Source: Bacillota bacterium (GTDB lineage: Bacteria; Bacillota; Clostridia; Christensenellales; UBA1242). From it: a DNA stretch of 64,000 bases. Of this stretch, positions 21,428 through 31,300 are shown one piece after another. Location of the stretch: NCBI GenBank assembly GCA_009784185.1, contig WRCD01000001.1, positions 55,255-119,254 of the forward strand. Direction: 5' to 3'. Both the position numbers and the translations under genes were made by a program. The first letter of the stretch is position 1. Each line of letters starts with the position of its first letter. Under the pieces are notes generated by a model. The model was not told the origin of the DNA, searched no databases, and was given only the letters and a program-made list of their open reading frames with translations.

Positions 21428-22936
21428 ATGGCAAAGCTTGCGGTTCAGATATTTAAGTATATGCTTATTGTGCTTGGCGGAATAGCTTGTTTGGGCATTA
21501 TCGGCTGCGCCGTACTTGTAATTTTTCCGAGTGCTACCATATTTGGTGTTAGTTATTCCTCCGGAAATGCTGCCCCAATAGAAAACAGACACGTAAACTC
21601 AGGCAACTTTGCCTTGGCAGACACTGTTGAGTTTAAAACAAACGGCTACGGAATCAGGCTGCGTGAAATGAGGACAGAAGACAACCTCCCCAATGAATTT
21701 GATTTCGGCACAAGGCTGTACAAACAGTTTGCCGGGTTTGTTTACGGAGACACCAGAACTCCGGCTTTAAGCACAGGGTATGATGCCGACACAAAAGTTT
21801 TTACTTTCGAGGTAAGTGAGCCGGTAGGTTTTGTTAACAACACAAACACATATCTGGAAGTGTATCTCCGCTCAACAAGCCTGCTTGCGTCCAAAACTCT
21901 GCTTTTAACCACAACCTCGGGCAAGGTTGATATTGGTCTGCCCATAACCGGGTCGTCAAAAAACCTGGAAATAGGAAATGCAATTGTAAACACCGGTCAC
22001 GGCAGCACTAAGTTTACCAACGCCATAATAAAAGACAAACTTACAGTAAACAAAACCGGCGGCGAAATTACTGTGGATAAAAACATTGGCGGAACGGCTG
22101 ATATACTGATGAGCGCCGGACTAACCAGAATTACTCTTTTGGGAGTTGCGGAAAGCGGTAAAAGCACAGGCTCAGACTTTGGCCTGGAGATTAATGCCAG
22201 CAACGCCGACATTAAAGTAACTAAAGTATGGAATGACGGTTTCAAACTGGATGCGGGCGGAGGACTTGTCAACATAGCCGAAATTAACGGTGATGTGTCG
22301 GTTGACATGACCGCCGGCTGTGAGCTGCATATTACTACAATACAAGGCGCGAGCAGCGTTGCAATAAACGGCACGGGCGGAGCACTGACAATAGGTGAAG
22401 TAAACTGTGATGTTGTTATATACAAAACCTCCGGAAGCGTTACAATAACTAAAGCGCTTGGAGAGGTTGATATTGAAAACGTGAACGGCAACATTACAAT
22501 AACCGAGGCCAACAAAGAGGTTACGGCTGTAAGTGAGCGCGGCAACATAAATATTACCGGCAAGGACGACAAAGCCTTTAAAATAACTACAACAAACAAC
22601 TACGGAACAACCACAATTAAAAAAGCACGGGGTGTTGTGGATGCCAAAATCCGCACCAACGGACCGGGCACAATAAACGTGGAGTTTCTGCAAGTTGTTG
22701 GTGCAAGCGAAATTCAAAGCAACATCGGTCAGATTACAATAAGTATCAATATTTCATTTGCCGCTGCAGAACCGTTTTATCTGATATGGGATACGCAATC
22801 GGCCAGCATTGACGTTTGGGGGACCGAAACAACACTCAGTAAAAGCGAAGCAGGAATATTGGGTGCGGAGGACACCTGCGCTGATAAAATTACGGTAGCA
22901 ACCACCAGGCATTTTGTAATAAGCACTGTATCGTAA
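21428..22936 (+). CDS. DUF4097-like beta-strand repeat protein with an N-terminal TM/signal anchor
   Basis: N-terminal hydrophobic helix. Repeated ..G.I.I....G.V.. beta-helix-like units occur, for example GNITITEANKEVTAVSERGNINITG. It has a GAGGTG SD and a promoter at 21370-21398. Confidence 0.55.
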   Translation: MAKLAVQIFKYMLIVLGGIACLGIIGCAVLVIFPSATIFGVSYSSGNAAPIENRHVNSGNFALADTVEFKTNGYGIRLREMRTEDNLPNEFDFGTRLYKQFAGFVYGDTRTPALSTGYDADTKVFTFEVSEPVGFVNNTNTYLEVYLRSTSLLASKTLLLTTTSGKVDIGLPITGSSKNLEIGNAIVNTGHGSTKFTNAIIKDKLTVNKTGGEITVDKNIGGTADILMSAGLTRITLLGVAESGKSTGSDFGLEINASNADIKVTKVWNDGFKLDAGGGLVNIAEINGDVSVDMTAGCELHITTIQGASSVAINGTGGALTIGEVNCDVVIYKTSGSVTITKALGEVDIENVNGNITITEANKEVTAVSERGNINITGKDDKAFKITTTNNYGTTTIKKARGVVDAKIRTNGPGTINVEFLQVVGASEIQSNIGQITISINISFAAAEPFYLIWDTQSASIDVWGTETTLSKSEAGILGAEDTCADKITVATTRHFVISTVS

Positions 22937-22951
22937 TAGCACGAAACAAAC

Positions 22952-22977
22952 AAAAACCACCGCTATGGTGGTTTTTT
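22952..22977 (+). terminator. Intrinsic terminator
   Basis: The sequence AAAAACCACC-GCTAT-GGTGGTTTTTT forms the hairpin and T run. Confidence 0.75.
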
Positions 22978-22978
22978 A

Positions 22979-23007
22979 TTGACTTTTTTGTAAGTTGTAT
23001 CTATAAT
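22979..23007 (+). promoter_or_regulatory. tyrS promoter TTGACT-17-TATAAT
   Basis: The hexamers were read directly. The leader is about 20 nt long. Confidence 0.6.
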
Positions 23008-23027
23008 TTTGAATCAGGAGATTGAAA

Positions 23028-24263
23028 ATGAAATTTAACAGCAATGCATTCGGTATTTTACAGGAGCGGGGGTTTGTTTACTTACTGAGTCATCCGGAAG
23101 AAACAAGGAAACTGCTTGAAAAAGGGCCCGTTACATTTTATCTTGGTATTGACCCAACCGCAGACGACCTGCATATAGGTCACTTTTTTGCGTTGCAGAT
23201 ATTTAAAATTCTGCAGGACTGCGGACATAAAGGGGTTCTGCTGATTGGCGGAGCAACTGCCATGATTGGCGATCCAAGCTTTAAGAGCGATATGCGTAAA
23301 CTCTTAACCAAAGAGGAAGTAGACAGAAACTCTAAAGAGATAAACGGCATACTGCACAGGTTTATCAGTTTATCCGGAGATAATCCGGCAATAGTTGTAA
23401 ACAATGCCGACTGGATAAGACAGAAAGATTTTATAGGCTTTCTGCGTGAAGTAGGCACACATTTTAACGTGGCTAAAATGCTGGCTGCGGATTGTTACAA
23501 AAACAGGCTGCATGAGGGCGGGCTGACTTTTCTGGAAATGGGATATATGCTTATGCAGGCGTATGATTTTGTGCATTTAAACGACAAGTACAACTGCTTA
23601 ATGCAGATTGGCGGCAGTGACCAATGGGGGAATATTGTTGCGGGCGTGGAGCTATCAAGAAAAATGAGCAACGCCAAGGGGCAGGAGCGGCCGCTTATGG
23701 TGGGTTTATGCTGTCCGCTGCTGACTAAGGCCGACGGAACAAAAATGGGCAAGACCGAAAAAGGTGTATTATGGGTAAGCCGAGATAAAACCAGTGCGTA
23801 TGACTGTTTTCAATACTTTACAAATGTATACGACGAGGATGTTGAGCAGCTGCTGCGATTCTTTACCATGCTTCCGGTTGCGGAAATTAAAGACAAATGC
23901 AAAACAGATATTGTTGGCGCAAAGCGCCTTATGGCATATGAGGTTACAAAAAAACTGCATGGAGAAGCCGAGGCTAAGCAGGCACAAGAAACCGCTAAAA
24001 CGCTGTTCTCCGGCGGCGGCGCGGACGGGGACGTTCCTACACAGGAAATCAGTATTGGGGCAGGGGCTAAGGTTGTGGATGTCTTAGCGCTGACAAGCAT
24101 TGTAAAAAGCAAGCGCGAAGCAAGGGAGTTTATTGAAGCCGGCGCAATTTTAATAGACAACGAAAAGGTAGTTGGGGTAGATTCCTGCCTTGATAAAAAC
24201 AAGAAAGAATTTTTGGTAAAGAAAGGGAAGAAGACCTTTTTAAAGGTTGTTTTGAAACCATAA
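23028..24263 (+). CDS. tyrS: Tyrosine--tRNA ligase
   Basis: HIGH (LHIGHF) and KMGKT (KMSKS) motifs, plus a C-terminal S4-like domain. The ATG lies 7 nt after an AGGAGA SD. Confidence 0.9.
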   Translation: MKFNSNAFGILQERGFVYLLSHPEETRKLLEKGPVTFYLGIDPTADDLHIGHFFALQIFKILQDCGHKGVLLIGGATAMIGDPSFKSDMRKLLTKEEVDRNSKEINGILHRFISLSGDNPAIVVNNADWIRQKDFIGFLREVGTHFNVAKMLAADCYKNRLHEGGLTFLEMGYMLMQAYDFVHLNDKYNCLMQIGGSDQWGNIVAGVELSRKMSNAKGQERPLMVGLCCPLLTKADGTKMGKTEKGVLWVSRDKTSAYDCFQYFTNVYDEDVEQLLRFFTMLPVAEIKDKCKTDIVGAKRLMAYEVTKKLHGEAEAKQAQETAKTLFSGGGADGDVPTQEISIGAGAKVVDVLALTSIVKSKREAREFIEAGAILIDNEKVVGVDSCLDKNKKEFLVKKGKKTFLKVVLKP

Positions 24264-24400
24264 TTCTCCTTTAAGATAAAGGAGCACCCCGCTTGCGGGG
24301 GGAGGTATGTGAAACAGTTGGATAAGCAATAAGACTGGCTTTATCACATACCCCGTCAAGCCTGACGGCTTGCCACCCCTTTATTTTAAGGGGGAATTTT
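24262..24400. repeat. Composite element, more degenerate
   Basis: It begins AATTCTCCTTTAAGATAAAGGAGCACCCCGCTTGCGGGGGG and ends CACATACCCCGTCAAGCCTGACGGCTTGCCACCCCTTTATTTTAAGGGGGAATTTT. Confidence 0.65.
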
Positions 24401-24417
24401 ATGAAAGGGGCTCATTT

Positions 24418-24666
24418 ATGAACAAATCTGAGTTAATGCAAATCCCGGGCGTGGGCAAACGCATGGCAGAGCACATGACCAAAGCGGGATACCCCACTAT
24501 TGAGTCATTAAAAGGCGCCAATCCGGACGAGATATACGCTAAAAGCGTAATGGCAGGCATGATGGACGACAGGTGTGCGCTATATCTGTACAGGTTATGC
24601 GTGGCATATGCCAACAACGAGATTAAAACTCCGGAGCAGCTTAAGTGGTACAATTGGAAGGATTAA
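24418..24666 (+). CDS. Helix-hairpin-helix protein (Cdd1/'pathogenicity locus' family-like)
   Basis: The sequence MQIPGVGKRMAEHMTKAGY..IESLKGANPDEIY matches the family pattern. The in-frame ATG at 24418 follows an AAAGGGG SD, and the upstream part of the ORF is repeat-derived. Confidence 0.6.
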   Translation: MNKSELMQIPGVGKRMAEHMTKAGYPTIESLKGANPDEIYAKSVMAGMMDDRCALYLYRLCVAYANNEIKTPEQLKWYNWKD

Positions 24667-24692
24667 AAAAGCGGAGCCAGCCCCGCTTTTTT
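24665..24692. terminator. Bidirectional terminator between convergent genes
   Basis: The sequence AAAAAAGCGG-AGCCAGCC-CCGCTTTTTT forms the hairpin with flanking A and T runs. Confidence 0.65.
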
Positions 24693-24704
24693 GTTTGCAT
24701 ACTG

Positions 24705-25100
24705 TTATTTCTTGGCAATCATCAGCATCCAATTGATGCCGTATTTGTCTACCAGGCAGCCATAAAGCTCTGCGTAAAACGGTTCGCACAGGTCTTCTAT
24801 AATCTTTCCGTCTGCCTTTAAAACCTCCCAGGCTTTTTTCAGCGCCTCCGAATTTTCAAACGGCGGCATTACAAACATATTGTCGCCGGTTGTGGCTTTG
24901 TGCGGATAATCGGCGCACATAATGTTGCCGCTGCCCAGTACAAAGGTTGAGTGCATAATCAGGTTTTTGGTGGCTTCATCGGCATATCCTTCCATTTCGC
25001 CGTATCTGCATAGCTCCGTAATTTTGCCTCCAAACGCTTTTTCATAGGTCTTTAGTGCCTCCTCACAGTCTCCGCTGAACATTAAGTAGTGTTGAAACAT
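24705..25100 (-). CDS. VOC/glyoxalase-fold protein (PhnB-like)
   Basis: MFQHYLMF...HSTF.......D.....YG..WM pattern. The start at 25100 follows an AAAGGAGA SD, and the longer ORF-track start has no SD. Confidence 0.6.
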   Translation of the reverse strand: MFQHYLMFSGDCEEALKTYEKAFGGKITELCRYGEMEGYADEATKNLIMHSTFVLGSGNIMCADYPHKATTGDNMFVMPPFENSEALKKAWEVLKADGKIIEDLCEPFYAELYGCLVDKYGINWMLMIAKK

Positions 25101-25357
25101 AAAACATTCTCCTTTAGCATAATACCCCATTATAGCACAAATGTTTGATGTGCGCAACAAAAACCATGCTTGTGCATTAATATTTTGAATAAATACTATT
25201 TTTCACATTGTTTCGTTTGTCTTTTTTTGGCGAAATATTGTATATTTATTTTGACATAGTTTTTATGGCGGGGGAGTTTCGTCTTTTTCGGTTTTTTTTC
25301 TTGCAAAAGAGATACAATAATTTTACATATCGGTTTCGGAAAACATAGGAGGGGAAT

Positions 25358-28300
25358 ATGAGTACATTAGCCAAAAAGGGGAACGCGTGGATAAAGAGAT
25401 TCACAGTGTTTGGTGTTGCCATTGCGCTTATGTGCTGCGGCTTTGCTGCGCTGGGTTTTAACCAGCAGCAATACGGCAAAGACGGCGGCGTTGTTTACGC
25501 GGCAAGCAACCAATCGGGACTGGACTTTGAAAACGCATTGGAAATTGGAACTGCGGCTCCTCTTCTTGTTGGCGGCGCAGGCAGAACAATGCTTGCAACG
25601 CAAAACAGATATGTGCGGCTTACCGCCGACATTAACATCAGCGGAAATGCCCCCTGGACTCCTATTCCGACTCTGGCAGCCGGAACGGTATTTGACGGCG
25701 GAATTTATGAGGTGGACAGCCAGGGCGATTTTGTTTATGATTCAACTACAAACGAACCTATTCTTCTTGGTAAGCGGAAAATTGTTGGCCTTACAAACAC
25801 AAGCAACACCAACAACATAGGGTTTGTGGCTAATCTTTTAGGAACCTTTAAGAACGTAGACTTTGAAAACGTAAACCTTGCCGGCACAGGCACAAACAGG
25901 GGCGTGGTTGCGGCAACCGTGCAAAACGGCAATCAGGCGGTTAACGCAAGAATAGAAAATGTGGGTGTGGTTAACGGAGCCGTAGGAGGCACAAATGCCG
26001 GCGGACTTGTCGGCTCGGTTGGTGTTTCAAACAGCGTTGCGGCCACAACTGTTCTTACAATTGACCAATGCTATAACATGGCGGCAATTGCGGCCGTTAA
26101 TGATGCCGGCGGACTTGTGGGCTCGTCACTAAGATGTACATTAACAATAACCAAAAGCTTCAACTCAGGCTCGGTTGTTTCGGCAAGCATTAACAACCGC
26201 CCTAACGTAGGCGGAATTTTGGGCCTGGGCGATGCAACTATCCTTAAAATGGAAAATGTGTATTGTACGGCACGTGTTGAGTGGCTTTCAAACGGGCAAG
26301 GTAATGTGGGCGGTATTATAGGAAACCTTCAAAATGCCGGTGCAACAACCTTAAATAATGTTGCCTTTGCCGGAACTCTTGGCGGAGGCGGCTCTGCCAT
26401 GCTTGGCGGTATTACAAACAATACAAGCAACGGTACGGGGCCTTTTAATATTACAAACTGCTATTATCCGCAAGGGCAAGGTACAAGCAATATAGGCGGT
26501 TCGGCAGCCGCTCAGCCAAGCCAGATGGAGAACGTTCTTGACGAAATTATGGCAATTATTGCGGGGAAACTTATCTTCTCGGTAGTTACGCCAACTTCTC
26601 TTCAGCAATCTCAAAATGGATATACTTTTACAACCAGCCACAGATTGTCGGTTTTGCAAAATTCTGTATATACCTTTACGGTAAGCCTGCTTGCTTCACA
26701 CAGCCAAGCAGCACCGGCCGTGTCAATTAAAATAGGACAAGGCTCAACAGAAACGTGGGCAGACCTGGTTGACCCGGTTCTGGGAGACCCCGCATTTGGT
26801 TCTGTATCGCCAAACCCGCTGGCTCACACTTCTAGCACAACGTCATATACATTTACTATAAACGATATATATGACAACATGGAAATTTTTGTAGGAACAT
26901 CCCGAAACACATACACTGTTTCAGCAGCACCGGCTGACGCTGGTGCTCAAGGAACCTTTGGCTTTACAAGCGGCTATTTTGGCGGAACAAGCGGAACGCC
27001 TGTCGTCCCGTCTTATCCTGCTGGGGTTACGGGAGCTTCGGTCAACCATGGAACAACCATCAACTTTCAGATTACAATGGCAACCGGATATACACAAATG
27101 GCTCCGTTTGTGCGATTCGGCTCAACAACAATTTCCGGAACCTTGGTTTCGGCCGGCGTATATAACTATTCGTATGTTGTAAACAGCAGTGCTGCAATTA
27201 CCATAACGCCTGTTTCAAACAACTACGCGGTTACAAGAAACCCTGCAGGCAATTATACAGGCTTTACTTTTAGTTCAATATCTCCCGAAACGGTTGGCAT
27301 AAACGGGAGCTACACTTTTACCTTGCAGGTTAATGAGGCTTACCGCAACGCAACCAGCCATGCACGCCTTTCAACAATTGGCGGTGCGGGCAACATTAAT
27401 ATTGCCAGAGTTGGAGCAACCGGAACGCTGGGTACTATGCTGGCAATTTCCAGCAATCAGGTAACGGGCGAATATGTATATTACATTATGAACATTAACT
27501 CCGATACTGTAATAAACTTCCCGACTCTGCAAATCAGCAGTTATACCATTGCACTGCCAAGCGGTCCTGAGTTTACCTCGGTTCCTATGCAGTTTACCAA
27601 CCCGCCGCTTAACACGATAGTGCGGACTTCGTACAACCACGGAGATATGTGTCAGTTTTCAATTACGGTGGCACCGGCATACCGCGGAACGGCACCGATT
27701 GTAATGCACGGCGGCACAGTTTTAACACCTACCTCGTCAAACGACATTTCCGGTGTGTACGGCTTTAACTTCCCGGTTACTCAGCAGGCGGCAATTACGG
27801 TAACCACGGGCAGCGTAAATACATTTGTGGTTACCCGCCCCAACTCAGGCACCGGATGGAACACCTCGTCGAGCGACCCCATTCATGTGGAATATGACGG
27901 CGAATACAACTTTATAGTTAACGTTGATGCAGGCTACCGTGGTGTTGCCGGTGCATGGAGGGCTCCAAGCATTATGCTGACAGACGGCACAGGTGCTCAG
28001 CTTATAGACAGCTCCGGGCAGCCGCTTAACCCGGGCACCAACGACGTTACACTTGTTTTAAACACTTTGCACCCCAGTTATTCTCCGGCAAACGGTGTGT
28101 ACACGTACCGGATTTTAGACATTCAAAGCAATATTACCATTCAGGTTTCGGCAAGCATAAACACGTATGCCGTAAACTTTCCCACAAGCGGAACAGGCTT
28201 TGTTTCGGTAGTTGCAACAACTCCTGTGGGCTTTGCCGGCACGGTTAACCACAACGGAAGCTTTAGCTTTACCGTAACATCGGATTTAGCAAACGGGTAT

Positions 28301-31300
28301 GGCCTGTTTGCTCCAACCGTAACAGTTAACGGCGGCGGCAATATTACTCCTGTAAGCGGCAACACAACAACAGGTGTTTACACTTATACAATTAACAACA
28401 TTACTGCAATCCAGAATATTTCAATTGCGGGCAACATTAACACGTATGCCGTAAACAGAGATAACAGCGGAGACGGCTGGACAGCATCTTCGGGCGCAAC
28501 GGGAGCAAGCTGGAACGGAGATTATGAGTTTACCGTAACGGTTGCACCGTCGCACAGGGGTGACTCGGTAAACGGCTGGAGAGCGCCTACCGTTACATTT
28601 ACAGGTACAGGCAGTTGTGACAACGGCGGAACCTTGGGGCTGCTGGAGTTTAACCCCGCGTTGTCTAATCAGTCAACCGGCGTTTATGTTTATAAAATAA
28701 CCGGCATTAAAAGCGCGATAGACATTTCAATTTCGGCTGATATAAACAAGTATACTGTTGTATTTGATGAAGACCCCAGAGACGGTGAGCCCGGTTTTGA
28801 GGGCAGCGGCTGGTTTACAGATGATGAAGATGACCTCGACTTCAGTCACGGCGGAAACTACATATTTGTAATTAATGTTGACGAGGGCTGGTATGGTGAC
28901 GCAGGTGCAAGAAGAGCTCCAACAGTTACATTTAAGGGCACGGCAAACGGTGTTACAAACGGCAGCGTTTCGGTTTTTGTCTCCGACCCGAGACATAACC
29001 CCGACGGCGGCGTGTTCGTTTTCAGGCTGGCAAGTATTACAACCGATATTGAGCTTTCGGTAACAGCCACAATCAACCAATACACGGTTTCAAGAACCGC
29101 TGACGGCACGGGCTTTTCGTCTGCTCCAAACGCAGGCTCGGCAAGCCCCGTTGACTGGAACGGCAGTTATGAGTTTACCGTAAATGTTGGCGCCAACTAC
29201 AGGGGTGACATAGTAAACGGCTGGAGAGCACCAAGCGTAACCCTTGCAAGCGGCACGGGCAGCCTGGTTCTGGACACCGGTCACTTAAACTATTTTCCGG
29301 AAAACGGTGTTTATACATACAAACTTACAGGAATTAAAAGCAATATCCAGATTAATATATCGGTTCAGCTTAACACCTACATTGTAGCGTTTGCAAACGG
29401 CAACGCGCTTACAGGTGACGGCTGGGCTGCAACTCCGGGCACAAGTCCGGTGTCACATGGCGGCAACTACACTTACACCGTTACTTTGGACGTATCTCAC
29501 AGAGGAGATGCCATAAACGGCTGGAGAGCGCCTACCGTAAGTGCCGGAACGCTTGTTCCGGGCTCAAGTGATGCAGCCGCAGGCGTATATGTTTACACAA
29601 TTACCGGTGTTACAACCAACGTTACTATTGCAATAAGCAACGTAACCAGAAACCAATATACCGTGGCGTTTGCAAACGGCAACGCGCTTACGGGTGACGG
29701 CTGGACTGCAACTCCGGGCGCAAGTCCGGTAGCACATGGCGGCAACTATACCTTTACCGTAACACTTGACGTATCTCACAGAGGCGACTCGGTAAACGGC
29801 TGGAGAGCGCCTACCGTAAGTGCCGGAACGCTTGTTCCGGGCGAGAGTGATGCAACCATAGGTGTATATGTTTACACAATTACGGGAGTTACAGGCAATA
29901 CTACAATAACAGTAAGCAACGTAACCAGAAACCAATACAGCGTTACCCTGCCTTCAAGCAGAGTAGGGTATTCTTTTGCGGGCATAACCGAACCGGCATC
30001 AGTAGGACATGGCCAGGCATTCTCTTTCCAGATTCTGGTTTCACCAAGCCACCACACACCGGTTGTTACAATTAAAGGTGGCAGCACGGTTCCCGGAACC
30101 TTTATTACCGACAGATTCTATTTCTCTGTCAGCAATGTTCAGGCAAACTTTGAACTAGAGGTTTTGGTTACTCCATATATATACACGGTAACCCTGCCTT
30201 CAGGGCAGAATGCAGTTGGATTTACTGCAGATAAAGACACGCTTGCATCAAGTGTGGTTCTTTACCATTATCAAAACAGCACAACTCCGGATACAAAATA
30301 TTACTTTGCAATTTCACTCCTTGCTTCTCACTCCGGCATATCGTCGGTGAGTGTTAGTGCGGGCACAGCCACACTTACACCGCTTGGCGAAACCAGCCCG
30401 GGAAGCGGAGTTTTTAGATACGAACTTTCAGAATTTAGAGGTACGGTTGAAGGCATTGTAATTTCTGCAACCGCAACCATTAAAACATATAATGTTTCGT
30501 TTAACGGCGGACTTAGCGCAGCCGGCTGGGAAGTAACAAGCGCGGTCAGCCCAACAACCAACTCGGTTGACTACGGCAGCGAATTCAGATTCTTTGCTAA
30601 TGTAAACACCGGCTATAATACTCTTGTTGTAGAGTACACAATGGCAGGCGGAGCAACACAGACAGCAAGCCGTGTAGGCTCAACCAACGAATATTATATC
30701 TCCAACATAACCGGCAATGTTGTAATTACAATCAGTTCAACAATCAACAGTTACAACGTGTCGGTTGCGGGCGGCAATCTAACCCCGGCCGGCTGGACAG
30801 TTTCGGGCGGAGATATTGTAAGCCCAACAACCAACCCGGTTAACTACAACCTGCCGTTCAGCTTTGATGCGCAATTAAACACCGGCTACCACACTCTTTC
30901 CGTTACTTACACAATGGGCGGAGTGTCTATGGGCGCATTAACAGCGGCGTCGGGAACGGACACCTTTACTATTCCGCACGTAACAGGCAACATTGTTATT
31001 ACGGTAAGCTCAATTCTTCACACATACACAATCACGGCAAGCGCGGTTGGCAACGGAAACATAAGCCCAAGCGGCACCGCAACAATCAATTACGGCAGCA
31101 ACAGTTCAACCTACACATTTACGCCAAACACTGGATATGAGGTTGTTGGCATTATTATCAACAAAGGCCTTCCAAGCCAGGTAATACTTGACGGAACCAC
31201 AAACCCGACACTTGCTGCGGCCATTGCAAGCGGCTATCGGTTTATGGGCGTAACGGCAAACTTTACAATTGAAGTAACGTTTGCAATACGGACCTTTACA

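Noticed and set aside
688-24400. Possibility that the recurring palindromic repeats are a CRISPR array
   Set aside because: The copies are irregularly spaced over 24 kb and separated by whole genes. They occur in both orientations with variable inner hairpins, and there are no cas genes.
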